NCBI GenBank assembly: GCA_944371305.1
Contig: CALVXM010000001.1
Coordinates: 39,600-103,599, forward strand
Reading direction: 5' to 3'
DNA from: an uncultured Bacilli bacterium
GTDB taxonomy: Bacteria > Bacillota_I > Bacilli_A > RF39 > UBA660
DNA length: 64,000 nucleotides
This document shows positions 20,524 to 30,604 of the stretch, piece by piece. The position numbers and the translations under genes are program-made. Positions within the stretch are counted from its first letter, which is position 1, and each line of letters starts with the position of its first letter. The notes under the pieces are model-generated. The model did not search any database, was not told the origin of the DNA, and saw nothing but the letters and a program-made list of their open reading frames with translations.

Positions 20524-21021
20524 TTAAAACATATCGATGATTTTATCCAATTTATCAATAACTGGATAACCTTTATTTTTATTTAAATCTCTAGAAAATT
20601 GAACCCCAATTCCACCTTCATTTTTCCATTCATCTAAATTACCTGAATAATCATCAATTAAAATAGCATCCTTACTTAAACAAATTTTAGTTTTAGATAT
20701 TTCTCTTGGAACAGGAATAATCGTAATATCCTTAAAATATCTTCTAATATAATTTATCTTAGCAATTGCTTCATCTAATGAGTTAACATGCGTTAAAATA
20801 GCAACATTAAATTTATTAGAAGCAAATATTTTTTTGATACAATTAAAACTATCATTAATAATTGGTGTTAAAGTTAATAATTGTTTCCAATTTAAATTAG
20901 AATAAAATTCTTTCATCTTATCAGGATCTTTACGATCAACTTCTAATCTATCCAACATATCATAAGTAACACTGATAGTATCCATAACCACACCATCAAA
21001 ATCTATATATAAATTTTTCAT
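20524..21021 (-). CDS. HAD-family 5'(3')-deoxyribonucleotidase-like protein
   Basis: Motif I IDFDGVVMDT at N-terminus, 165 aa, NT5C-like size. Confidence 0.55.
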   Translation of the reverse strand: MKNLYIDFDGVVMDTISVTYDMLDRLEVDRKDPDKMKEFYSNLNWKQLLTLTPIINDSFNCIKKIFASNKFNVAILTHVNSLDEAIAKINYIRRYFKDITIIPVPREISKTKICLSKDAILIDDYSGNLDEWKNEGGIGVQFSRDLNKNKGYPVIDKLDKIIDMF

Positions 21022-21051
21022 AAATCACCTTCTAATATTATATCATATAAA

Positions 21052-21783
21052 CTAATCATTTTTATATTTAAAAAAACTAGTAAATCTTTTTAAAACATAA
21101 AGAATAATTAAGCAAATAACAAATATAATCATATTTATTATTATATTTTCTTTTAATAAAATTGGTAAAAATAACGCTGTTGTAATATTACTCATCATAT
21201 GTAATATAATTGGCGCTTTAATTGTTTTATATTTTTCATATACAAATATTAATATAAAACCAATCGCAAAAGCATATACCATTTGGAAAATGTTAAAATG
21301 AATTATAGCAAAAAAAGTAGTTGTTAAAAGAATAGCTTGCATATTAGTAAATTTATTTTTAAACTCATTATAAATAATTCCTCGAAACATCAATTCTTCA
21401 ATAATCGGTCCTAATACTCCTGTAGCTAATAAAGTAATTAAAATATGATTGTTTTCATTAAATAAGTTGGTTTTAAAAATAAAATCATTCATATAATAAG
21501 CAAAAATATTATAAATTAAACTAACTATAATACCAACTAGCAATAAATATGAAATCTGTATTTTAGATTTGTTGTTTTCTTTCTTATATTTTTTATATTC
21601 TGAAATTAACAATGGGATAAAAATAAGACTAATTATTCCTACGATATAAATTTGATTATTTCCTAAAAATTCTTTAAACAAATTCATATCATTGCCATTC
21701 ATATTATAGATATAAGATATTATAAAAACTAATAAAAATTGCGCTAAAAAATATAACAATGGCCATTTTATTATCTTCCACAT
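21052..21783 (-). CDS. CPBP (CAAX protease / Abi) family intramembrane metalloprotease
   Basis: Motif GPIIEELMFRG (EExxxR), FAIIHF (FxxxH), HMMSN region; multi-TM, 243 aa. Confidence 0.75.
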   Translation of the reverse strand: MWKIIKWPLLYFLAQFLLVFIISYIYNMNGNDMNLFKEFLGNNQIYIVGIISLIFIPLLISEYKKYKKENNKSKIQISYLLLVGIIVSLIYNIFAYYMNDFIFKTNLFNENNHILITLLATGVLGPIIEELMFRGIIYNEFKNKFTNMQAILLTTTFFAIIHFNIFQMVYAFAIGFILIFVYEKYKTIKAPIILHMMSNITTALFLPILLKENIIINMIIFVICLIILYVLKRFTSFFKYKND

Positions 21784-22020
21784 ATCATTTCACCAAGTTT
21801 ATTATATAACAAATAAAAAAAGATTACAATAAAATAGTTTGCTATAACTAATTTAAATATAAAAAAAGATAAATTTTAACTTTATCTTTTTAAGTAAATA
21901 AAATTAATTCTCACCAAAAATATCATCAATAACATTTTCTGGAATATGATAAAATTTTTGATCGAAAATAATATATGGGTGACTTCCCCCAATACTATCT
22001 GTAGGGTCTACCGGTTCTAT

Positions 22021-22410
22021 TCATTCTCCATTAACTTTAAAATTTCCATCACTTTGTAATTCAAATTCATAGTTATTACTCTTTATTTTTAATTTGGTTA
22101 CTTTACCATTTTGATATTTGACTTCTAAGACTTCCGCATTCCCTAAACTCACCATTTTGCTAACATCATCAATGGTTACTCCATCATCATCATTACATAT
22201 ATCTGTACTTTCATCTAATTGATTCTTCATTGCTGATGTCGCACAATAATTATTAATGCCACTTAATATCATACTTGCTTCTGATTTTCCCGCACTCTTT
22301 CTAGCATCTTCAATCACATTTAATATGATTGGGGTTGCTATTAGGGCTATTATAGCTAATATTATTATGACTGCTAATAATTCAATCAATGTAAATCCGC
22401 ATTTCTTCAT
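22021..22410 (-). CDS. Prepilin-type N-terminal cleavage/methylation domain protein (pilin-like family member B, the only intact copy); start at ATG 22410 after a GGAGG Shine-Dalgarno (ORF track extends to a GTG at 22425)
   Basis: MKKCGFTLIELLAVIIILAIIALIATPIIL: class III signal peptide with G(-1) F(+1) E(+5); about 129 aa. Confidence 0.8.
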   Translation of the reverse strand: MKKCGFTLIELLAVIIILAIIALIATPIILNVIEDARKSAGKSEASMILSGINNYCATSAMKNQLDESTDICNDDDGVTIDDVSKMVSLGNAEVLEVKYQNGKVTKLKIKSNNYEFELQSDGNFKVNGE

Positions 22411-22518
22411 AAGTATTCTCCTCACTTTCTTATAACTTATTTATTTAATTAATATATTCTAATAATAAGTTATATTTTTGATATAAGGTATTTCTTTTAA
22501 TTGCGATATTAACAAATA

Positions 22519-22590
22519 TTATTTAGTTGATATCTTTTTCATTCTACGTGTGCTATTCGCTAATAAAGTTTTTACTTTATTTTCTAACAT
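22519..22590 (-). CDS. Candidate leader peptide ORF (23 codons, MLENKVKTLLANSTRRMKKISTK) upstream of pilin-like gene B
   Basis: Conserved with a second copy at 59093-59161 (MIENKVTAKLANSTHGGGQKPL), at about 80% nucleotide identity; preceded by a conserved promoter. Confidence 0.35.
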   Translation of the reverse strand: MLENKVKTLLANSTRRMKKISTK

Positions 22591-22616
22591 CTTACTGCAC
22601 CAACTTTCTATATTTA

Positions 22617-22645
22617 ATTATATATTATTTTTTGCTTAAAAACAA
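22617..22645 (-). promoter_or_regulatory. Sigma-70-type promoter TTGTTT-N17-TATAAT driving the leader ORF and pilin-like gene B
   Basis: Exact hexamers with 17-nt spacer read on the minus strand; the same arrangement is conserved upstream of paralogue D. Confidence 0.5.
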
Positions 22646-22668
22646 AATTTTATGAAAAATAGTTCAAA

Positions 22669-23169
22669 CTATCTGTTTGAACTAATTAAAATATCCTCTA
22701 AATTTAGTCTTGTTCTTGGTAATGGATTTTCATCTTTAACACCAATAGCAATTGCTGATACTAATTCCATTTCAACACCAACTAATTCTTTAACATAATC
22801 TTCAATTTTTTTAATATATCCAATCCATAAACTTCCTAAATTTCTATTTTCACATTCTAATAAAATATTTTCAATTGCTGCTCCAATCGATAAATGATTA
22901 AAATATTCATCGCTACTATTATAGACTAAAATTAAATAAGGAACATTAGCTATTACTTCTGCAGTTTTATTAGGTCCTACTAATTCAATCATTTTTGAAC
23001 TAATTTTAGTTTTTACATCCTGTGAAACAATTAAAAAACGCCAAGGTTGATTATTTTTGGCTGATGGGGCCATCAAACCAGATTTTAAAATATCTTTGAT
23101 TATATCAATTGAAATATCTTCATTTTTATAAGATCTAATACTTCTTCTATTTTTTATTTCCTTTAACAT
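22669..23169 (-). CDS. Nitroreductase family protein
   Basis: N-terminal KNRRSIRSY motif typical of NfsB/FRP-type nitroreductases; 166 aa. Confidence 0.7.
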   Translation of the reverse strand: MLKEIKNRRSIRSYKNEDISIDIIKDILKSGLMAPSAKNNQPWRFLIVSQDVKTKISSKMIELVGPNKTAEVIANVPYLILVYNSSDEYFNHLSIGAAIENILLECENRNLGSLWIGYIKKIEDYVKELVGVEMELVSAIAIGVKDENPLPRTRLNLEDILISSNR

Positions 23170-24202
23170 CGATAATCACCTTATTATTTTTGAAAAATTT
23201 ATAACTGGTTATAAATAAAATTGAAAGTGGTAAAGCGATAATAATTCCAACAAAACCAAATAATATACCACCACCAAAAACAGCAGCTATAACAACAATT
23301 GGATGAACTTGATTACTCTTACCATATACCAGTGGATTTAAAACATAAGAATCGATAAATGAAGTAATTAAAGTAACGATAATAACAGTTAATCCTAAAG
23401 CAGGACTGATAGTAAATCCTGTTATAACCCCGACAACTTGAACCATAATTCCTCCAAAATATGGAATAAAGTTAGCTAATCCTGATAAGAACCCTAATAA
23501 TAAAGCATTAGGATGACCTATTAAATAATAAATTAATGTATATTCAAAAAAGCTAATACATACTAAGATTAAAAATCCTTTAAGATAATTTTTGATTTCG
23601 CTATCTAAAGTAGCGACATATTCGTATATTTTTTGTGATTTACGTGCTAAATATTTTTTTATACATTTTCTAATTTTATCCATATCAAGAAGAAAATAAA
23701 CACTAGAAGCTAAAGCAATAAACACATTAGTTATAACACTAATTGAAGTATTAATCGTTTTAACAGCGCCATCAGATACAAATTTCCCAACATTAGTAAT
23801 TATTTCATTAAAAGTATTCATAATAGTATCACCAAACGTACCAAAATCAATATTGAAATTAGTAGAGATATCTTTGATAAAAACGATTAATGAATCGATT
23901 AGGCTAAGAATTTGATTCGATAATAACGGTACTAGTAAAATTAAAACTGTAGCAATAATAGCAATTATTAAAACAATCATAATCCCAACACCTAAACCTT
24001 TAGGCACATTATGTTTAACCAAAACCTCCAATAAAGGATATAAAGCATAAGCAATTACAAATCCCGCAAAAAGTGGCAAAACAATTTTTAATATTTTACT
24101 TAAAATTCCTATCCATAAAGCTCCTGATTGATAAACAAAAAAGCATATAATTGCAATTAAAGCAATATTTATCAGTTTAAAATCTAATTTATTTTTTATC
24201 AT
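23147..24202 (-). CDS. AI-2E family transporter (UPF0118 / PerM-like membrane protein)
   Basis: 351 aa, about 8 TM helices, topology and size typical of AI-2E family; no sharper motif. Confidence 0.6.
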   Translation of the reverse strand: MIKNKLDFKLINIALIAIICFFVYQSGALWIGILSKILKIVLPLFAGFVIAYALYPLLEVLVKHNVPKGLGVGIMIVLIIAIIATVLILLVPLLSNQILSLIDSLIVFIKDISTNFNIDFGTFGDTIMNTFNEIITNVGKFVSDGAVKTINTSISVITNVFIALASSVYFLLDMDKIRKCIKKYLARKSQKIYEYVATLDSEIKNYLKGFLILVCISFFEYTLIYYLIGHPNALLLGFLSGLANFIPYFGGIMVQVVGVITGFTISPALGLTVIIVTLITSFIDSYVLNPLVYGKSNQVHPIVVIAAVFGGGILFGFVGIIIALPLSILFITSYKFFKNNKVIIDVKGNKK

Positions 24203-24208
24203 TATAAA

Positions 24209-24646
24209 TCACCTTTCTAAAATAATTGTCACCGGTCCATCATTAGTTATGTCAACTACCATTTCAGTTTGAAAAATACCAGTTTCAACAGGAATATTAT
24301 ATTTTTTTATCTCCTCATTGAATAAATCATACATATGATTTGCTTCAATAGCTTTCATCGAACCAATATAACTAGGACGATTACCTTTTTTAGTATCAGC
24401 ATATAAAGTAAATTGTGAAATTGATAAAATACTTCCTTTAACATCTAAAATTGATTTATTCATAACATTATTATCATCATCAAAGATTCTTAAATTAACC
24501 AATTTTTTGACCAAATATTTAATATCTTCAATTGTATCTTTATGAGTAAATCCTACTAAAACGACTAAACCAAAATCAATTTTACCAACTACTTTTTTAC
24601 CAACACTAACTTTAGAATTTTTACTTCTTTGAACTACTAATTTCAT
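24209..24646 (-). CDS. dtd: D-aminoacyl-tRNA deacylase
   Basis: MKLVVQRS..VG.I..GLVVLVGF N-terminus and SQFTLYAD motif; 145 aa; immediately downstream of relA as in Bacillus. Confidence 0.9.
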   Translation of the reverse strand: MKLVVQRSKNSKVSVGKKVVGKIDFGLVVLVGFTHKDTIEDIKYLVKKLVNLRIFDDDNNVMNKSILDVKGSILSISQFTLYADTKKGNRPSYIGSMKAIEANHMYDLFNEEIKKYNIPVETGIFQTEMVVDITNDGPVTIILER

Positions 24647-26790
24647 TTTATTAACCTTTCAACACTTAAAATATTTGATATCATATTTAAATCATTCATA
24701 TATTTCATTAATTTTTCTTTATTTTCAACTAAAACTGTTACCTGATAAGTATAATCATCACCACTAGTTAATGTTTTAATGCTCTCAATAGTAATATCAC
24801 TATTAGAAGTTTTAGAGACAATTTCCATTAAAACATTTTTATCATCTAATGATTTAATTAATAAACTAGTTGGATATTTTTTCTTTGTATTATTCCATTT
24901 AACATCGATTAATCTTTCATTTAAATCATTTACATTAGGACAAGCCATCCTATGAACCGTAATACCATGACCTTTAGTAATGTATCCAACGATTCGATCA
25001 CCATTAACCGGTTTACAACAAGACGCAATATTAACTTTAATATCGTCAATTCCTTTAACGATAATATCATTTTTAATATTTGGTAAAACTACTTCTTTAT
25101 CTTTAGTTTTATTTAAAATTATTTCCTCTTTAGTAATATTTTCTTCAGTTATAATATTAATTACTTGGTTAGGACTTATTCTAGAACTTCCTAAATTAAT
25201 GTATAGTTCATTTAAATCGTTATACTTTAATTCGCCGATAATTTTATCGATATTTTCAGAACTTAGAAAAGAATTAATTGGTATTTTTCGCCTTTTAAGT
25301 TCTTTATTTAATAATTCCTCACCCTTATTGTAATAATCTTCTTTAACTGTCTTATTGAAAAATGATTTAATCTTATTTTTAGCTTGGGTTGTTTTAGCAA
25401 TATTGATCCACTCTTTACTTGGCGTAGAATTTTTATTAGTATTAATTTTAACTATATCATTATCTTTTAATTTATAATCTAGTGGTACTATCGTGTTATT
25501 GACAATAGCACCAATCATCGTGTCTCCCACTTTTGAATGAACTCTATAGGCAAAATCAATCGGTGTTGAGCCATTAGGTAGTTCAATTACATCTCCCAAC
25601 GGTGTAAAAACATAAATGGTATCTTTTAAAACATCTTCTTTAACAGAATCCACAAAGTGTTCTTCACTTTCTTCGTTTTTAAGCTCCATGATAACTCTAA
25701 AAAATTGTAATTTTTGCTCCATTTCACTTTGCATATTAGATTTTCCCTCTTTATATGACCAATGAGAAGCAATACCATTTTCTGCTACCTTATCCATTTC
25801 ATAGGTTCTGATTTGAATTTCAAATAATTGTCCATCTATACCAAAAATAGTTGTATGTAAAGATTGATACATATTCGTTTTAGGCATCGCAATATAATCT
25901 TTAAACCGTTTTGGAATAGGACGATATTTAGAATGGATTAAACCTAAAACTTGATAACATTCAGCTTCAGTATCAACAAATACTCTTAAAGCTAATAAAT
26001 CATATATTTCATTAAATGATTTACCCTTATCTAATTTTTTATAAATACTATAAATACTTTTACTACGTCCCTTTATTTCATGTTTGATGTCGTGTTCATT
26101 TAAAATTTTAGAAACACTTTCCATCATCTCTACAATATAATTATCTCTTTCAACTTTGGTTTTATTTAATTTTTCGACAATTTGATAATAGACATCAGGT
26201 TTTAAATATCTTAAAGATAAATCCTCTAATTCCGATTTAATACTATTGATACCTAGACGATGAGCAATCGGCGTAAATATATCTAAAGTTTCTTTCGCAT
26301 TATCCTTCTGCCTTTTTTCTGATAAAGCCCATAATGTCCGCATATTATGTAACCGATCAGCTAATTTTAAAATTATAACTCTAACATCTTCAGTCATTCC
26401 AACTAATATTTTTCTTTGATTAGCAATAACCGCTTCGTTATCACCACTAAAATTTAGTTTGTTAATTTTAGTGATACTTTCTACTAACTTAGATACCTCT
26501 AATCCAAATCGATTTTCTAACTCCTCTTTAGTAACATCACAATCTTCAATTGTATCGTGTAATAAGGCAGCTGAAATAGTTTTACTATCAGCATGAATTT
26601 CACTCAAAATATAAGCAACATTTAAAGGATGAACAATATAATCTTCACCACTGATTCGCTTTTGACCATTATGCTTTTCCTTAGCAAATAAATAAGCTTT
26701 TTCAATTTCATTTAATTCTTCTTCATTTTTAATATAAGTTTTTAATTTCTTATTTAATTGTTCAAAGCCATTTACTTTAGTTATTGTCAT
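24643..26790 (-). CDS. relA: Bifunctional (p)ppGpp synthetase/hydrolase RelA/SpoT homologue
   Basis: HD hydrolase domain HPLNVAYIL...LLHDTIED; synthetase domain; TGS and ACT C-terminal domains; 715 aa. Confidence 0.9.
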   Translation of the reverse strand: MTITKVNGFEQLNKKLKTYIKNEEELNEIEKAYLFAKEKHNGQKRISGEDYIVHPLNVAYILSEIHADSKTISAALLHDTIEDCDVTKEELENRFGLEVSKLVESITKINKLNFSGDNEAVIANQRKILVGMTEDVRVIILKLADRLHNMRTLWALSEKRQKDNAKETLDIFTPIAHRLGINSIKSELEDLSLRYLKPDVYYQIVEKLNKTKVERDNYIVEMMESVSKILNEHDIKHEIKGRSKSIYSIYKKLDKGKSFNEIYDLLALRVFVDTEAECYQVLGLIHSKYRPIPKRFKDYIAMPKTNMYQSLHTTIFGIDGQLFEIQIRTYEMDKVAENGIASHWSYKEGKSNMQSEMEQKLQFFRVIMELKNEESEEHFVDSVKEDVLKDTIYVFTPLGDVIELPNGSTPIDFAYRVHSKVGDTMIGAIVNNTIVPLDYKLKDNDIVKINTNKNSTPSKEWINIAKTTQAKNKIKSFFNKTVKEDYYNKGEELLNKELKRRKIPINSFLSSENIDKIIGELKYNDLNELYINLGSSRISPNQVINIITEENITKEEIILNKTKDKEVVLPNIKNDIIVKGIDDIKVNIASCCKPVNGDRIVGYITKGHGITVHRMACPNVNDLNERLIDVKWNNTKKKYPTSLLIKSLDDKNVLMEIVSKTSNSDITIESIKTLTSGDDYTYQVTVLVENKEKLMKYMNDLNMISNILSVERLIK

Positions 26791-26794
26791 TTTA

Positions 26795-27070
26795 TCACTC
26801 TTCTTTAAAATAAATTTCTCGATTTCTTAAATTTAATTTTTGTTTTAGATAATTATCGATAATAGCATCATCGACATTTAAAACATCACTAACCATCTCG
26901 TACAAAGATAAATTATTAGATTTCTTCCACTTTACCTCTTTTAAATAATTCCAAATATCTTCATTTTTAATATATTGATAACCACTTCTTGCCATTTCTC
27001 TTCTTTTTGTATTTAAAGCTGGTTTTAATCGATTATATAATTCCTCTAAACTATTAAATTCAAGATTCAT
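26795..27070 (-). CDS. Small conserved hypothetical protein (91 aa) upstream of relA, possibly a ComN-like post-transcriptional regulator
   Basis: Size and position only; weak resemblance; no motif. Confidence 0.3.
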   Translation of the reverse strand: MNLEFNSLEELYNRLKPALNTKRREMARSGYQYIKNEDIWNYLKEVKWKKSNNLSLYEMVSDVLNVDDAIIDNYLKQKLNLRNREIYFKEE

Positions 27071-27146
27071 ATTATTTCACCTCTAATATTTTGCAAAACT
27101 TATACATATATTATATAAGAAAAATTAATATTTTTAAAGGTGATTT

Positions 27147-28436
27147 ATGAAAAAAAACAAATTTGTTATATCTACCATTATATTAATAATCGGTGGTTTT
27201 ATAACTAAAATCTTAAGTATGATTATTAAAATAGTTATGACCAGATTAGTTGGAACTGAAGGAATCGGTTTATATATGTTAGTAAATCCCACCTTTATGC
27301 TTTTTATTGCAATATGTACTTTAGGAATGCCGACCGCTATTTCTAAATTAGTATCCGAAAATAAAAGAAATAATAAAAAACTGGTAACATCTGCTTTGGT
27401 AGTATCTATTAGTATCAATGTATTTATTATGCTTTTTGTTATTTTAGCAGCTAAAATGATTGCTAATAACTTATTACATGAAGAAAGAGCTTATTACTCG
27501 TTATTAGCTATTGGATTGGTTTTACCTTTCATTTCAATATCAGGAATTCTAAGAGGATATTTTTTTGGTAAACAAAAAATGATTCCTCATGTTTTATCAA
27601 ATATTACTGAAGATGTCACAAGATTAATTAGTATTTTATTATTCACACCGTTTTTTTTAATTAAAGGTTTAGAATTTGCCGTTGCTTTCTTAGTTTTATC
27701 TAATATCATTAGTGAATTAACTTCAATTATAATTTTATTCTTCTTCCTTCCTAAAAACTTTAAATTAACTAAAAAAGATCTCACTCCCAGTCTAAATAAT
27801 ATGAAAGATATTTTAGAAATAAGCTTGCCTACTACAGGTAGTAGATTGATTGGAACTATTGGAATGTTTTTTGAACCGATTATTTTTACTTATTTTTTAT
27901 TAAAATTAGGCTATTCTAATCAATATATTCTTAATGAATATGGTATTTTAAATGGTTATGTTATGCCTCTTATATTATTGCCGTCATTTTTTACAGGAGC
28001 AATATCACAAGCGCTACTTCCTATCGTAAGCAATGGTTATGCTAATAACCATATAAAATATACAAGGAGTAAAATTAAACAAGGAATATTTTTTTCTCTA
28101 CTGATAGGTATTCCCGCTACCATTATTTTTGTTTTAGTTCCTCAAATACCTTTAAAACTTATTTTCAACACTGATCAAGGGATAAATTATATTAAAATTT
28201 TAGCTCCGATTTGTCTACTTCATTATATTCAATCACCATTAACCTCTTCATTACAAGCGATTGGAAAATCAAGTGAAGCCATGAAAGATACCTTAGTTGG
28301 TATGATTTTAAGAACTATCAGTTTAATTATCTGCTGTTATCTTAATTTAGGAATTTATAGTTTAATCGTCGCTAGTAGCATTAATATAATATACGTTACT
28401 ATTGCTCATTTTATCAAAATCAAAAAATTAATATAA
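27147..28436 (+). CDS. MOP-superfamily flippase (polysaccharide biosynthesis protein / SpoVB-MurJ-Wzx-like)
   Basis: 429 aa, about 12-14 TM helices, family-typical N-terminal KIL.MI.K.V..R.VG.EG.GLY. Confidence 0.7.
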   Translation: MKKNKFVISTIILIIGGFITKILSMIIKIVMTRLVGTEGIGLYMLVNPTFMLFIAICTLGMPTAISKLVSENKRNNKKLVTSALVVSISINVFIMLFVILAAKMIANNLLHEERAYYSLLAIGLVLPFISISGILRGYFFGKQKMIPHVLSNITEDVTRLISILLFTPFFLIKGLEFAVAFLVLSNIISELTSIIILFFFLPKNFKLTKKDLTPSLNNMKDILEISLPTTGSRLIGTIGMFFEPIIFTYFLLKLGYSNQYILNEYGILNGYVMPLILLPSFFTGAISQALLPIVSNGYANNHIKYTRSKIKQGIFFSLLIGIPATIIFVLVPQIPLKLIFNTDQGINYIKILAPICLLHYIQSPLTSSLQAIGKSSEAMKDTLVGMILRTISLIICCYLNLGIYSLIVASSINIIYVTIAHFIKIKKLI

Positions 28437-28476
28437 GTTACTATTTTTTCATATAATTTTATGAGGTCGATTAATT

Positions 28477-29403
28477 ATGAATATAATAGATAAAAATTTC
28501 AACGAATTGGTTAATAAAATTAAAAACATGTCGCAAGATGACATTTATGTCAATATTCAAAATAAATTTCATCACTTACCACAAGACATTAAGGATTCAT
28601 TAGAACAATACTTTAATTTATTTAATTATTGGGGAAAACTAAATGTCTCTTCAAATAACTACCAAGAATTGTTTGAAAAATCACAAGTATTATTCGAACA
28701 TATCGATGATTTTATTTGGTTATATAATAGACTGGAAGATTATTCTTCTAAAAAAATATTATTTGGAATTTTAAATAATTGGTACCAATATGATTTTATA
28801 ACTTTAAAAGAATGTATGAATAATCCTTTTAAACATTATTTTGATCTAGATATTATTCCTAATTGCGATAATGAAGTTTTTGTCGATTTAGGTGCTTATA
28901 CTGGTGATACAACTTTTGATTATATTAATACTTATCAAAATTATAAAAGAATCTATTGTTATGAAATAACTAAAGAAACCCTTTCGATTTTAAAAGACGT
29001 TCTAAGTAATTATAAAAATATTGTTTATAAAAATAAAGCTGTTTCCGATCAAAATAATATCTTATATTTAAGCGAAAGTTCTGTTAATGCATCAGCTAAC
29101 CAAGCATTAGAAATCGGTACCATTGAAATAGAAAGTGTTAGTCTAGATAACGATATCTTAGAAAAAATCGATATGATTAAAATGGATATAGAAGGATCTG
29201 AATATAAAGCATTAAAAGGTGCTAAAAATCATATTATTCACGATAAACCAAAGTTGTTAATTTCAGTTTATCACAATAATGATGACTTGTGGCAAATTCC
29301 TAAATTAATTGATGAGTATAACCAAAATTATAAATTTTATTTAAGATATTATGGTAATAATATCTATCCAACTGAAATAGTGTTACTTTGTGTACCACAA
29401 TAA
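28477..29403 (+). CDS. FkbM-family SAM-dependent methyltransferase
   Basis: VDLGAYTGDTTFDY SAM-binding segment and IKMDIEGSEYKALKG FkbM signature. Confidence 0.7.
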   Translation: MNIIDKNFNELVNKIKNMSQDDIYVNIQNKFHHLPQDIKDSLEQYFNLFNYWGKLNVSSNNYQELFEKSQVLFEHIDDFIWLYNRLEDYSSKKILFGILNNWYQYDFITLKECMNNPFKHYFDLDIIPNCDNEVFVDLGAYTGDTTFDYINTYQNYKRIYCYEITKETLSILKDVLSNYKNIVYKNKAVSDQNNILYLSESSVNASANQALEIGTIEIESVSLDNDILEKIDMIKMDIEGSEYKALKGAKNHIIHDKPKLLISVYHNNDDLWQIPKLIDEYNQNYKFYLRYYGNNIYPTEIVLLCVPQ

Positions 29404-29404
29404 T

Positions 29405-29437
29405 AAAAAAATTCAAGAAAAACTTGAATTTTTTTAA
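29405..29437. terminator. Bidirectional intrinsic terminator (FkbM gene / pilin-like gene C)
   Basis: A-run, hairpin attcaagaaaaacttgaat, T7. Confidence 0.7.
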
Positions 29438-30507
29438 TTAACCTATTCTAAAAGCCGGAGCAACACCATTAATATCAATAGCATGAGGATCATTCCAATT
29501 GCCATCAAGCATAATACGGTAAAAAGCAGTATTAAGGTGAGCAAAAGCAGAACGTGTCCACCAATAACTTTCAAGTTCTTGATGTCTTTTTATTGCTCCT
29601 TTATAATTACTAGTGCTTACATTATTCATTTCATAATAATCTAATTGTCTTGTATTGTTATCGCTCGTATCATTACTTATAATATTACTTGTTCCATTTT
29701 TACCATAGATTTCTTTCGTAGCTAACAAATATAATTTGTCGTTAGTTATAAAATTTTCTAAATCTCCACTACCATGACTAGATATTACTTTTGTATCTAT
29801 TATTACATTTTTTAAATCTTCCGGTAACGAATTATATATATCATTTTTTAAAAATATATATAGTTCACTTGCAGGATATCCCCCTATATTAGTTAAAGTT
29901 GAATTTATTTTACGTAATGTGATTATATCAACAAATTCAATCACAAATCCACAAGCAGTTTGCGAAAATTCATTATTACTACATTCAGATGGCGTTGTAA
30001 TATTGGCTATTCTTACCGTATATGTACCAGCATATTCTCCAGTTAAAGTTACTTCTTTTGTATCTCCTACTTTATATTTACTCATATCCCCATTTTTTAC
30101 GGCATTAGCTATTGTTTTCCATGAATCATCTTTAAATGATACTGGAGTATGATTTTTACATTCTTCATCATAGCGAAATACATATTGATTATTAATTTCA
30201 TCCCATTTATATAATACACAACCTGTCATTTCTTTATTAGTCACTGGATTTATCGTCTCAATTTCTAAAAAGCCACTACTTTTTAATTCATTTAAAAATA
30301 TCGCATTTTCTTCGGTTGAATATCCTAAACTATTTTGAGTACTATAATTATGAGCTGCTTCTAAAATACTATCAATACTTCTTTCTAATGCTGCTTGCTT
30401 ACTATTTTCGATTGATTTATCGACTATTGGAAAAGTTATTAAAGCTATTATTCCAAGTATTATTATGACTGCTAATAATTCAACTAATGTAAATCCTTTT
30501 TTAACAT
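29438..30507 (-). pseudogene. Prepilin-type N-terminal domain protein (pilin-like family member C, about 355 aa if corrected) interrupted by a 1-nt frameshift in an A6 run at codon 4
   Basis: ATG 30507 gives MLKKDLH-stop; shifting one base after the A6 run (plus-strand T6 at 30497-30502) gives ..KKGFTLVELLAVIIILGIIALITFPIVDKSIENSK... continuous with ORF 29438-30244; perfect promoter TTGCTT-N17-TATAAT upstream. Confidence 0.6.
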
Positions 30508-30532
30508 TCTAATTCACCCACTCTTTAAATTC

Positions 30533-30561
30533 ATTATATACGAACTTATATTCAAAAGCAA
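30533..30561 (-). promoter_or_regulatory. Sigma-70-type promoter TTGCTT-N17-TATAAT for pilin-like gene C
   Basis: Read on minus strand about 25 nt upstream of ATG 30507. Confidence 0.45.
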
Positions 30562-30567
30562 GTTTCA

Positions 30568-30600
30568 TATAACAAAAAAGGTCATTTTTTCAATGACCAA
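30568..30600 (-). terminator. Intrinsic terminator at the end of the arc operon (after the YfcC-type carrier gene)
   Basis: Minus-strand hairpin ggtcattgaaaaaatgacc followed by T6. Confidence 0.7.
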
Positions 30601-30604
30601 TTTA

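Noticed and set aside
21052-22410. CPBP intramembrane protease next to pilin-like gene B as a dedicated maturation protease
   Set aside because: Class III signals are processed by aspartic prepilin peptidases rather than CPBP metalloproteases. The adjacency alone is insufficient, so it is kept as a plain feature.
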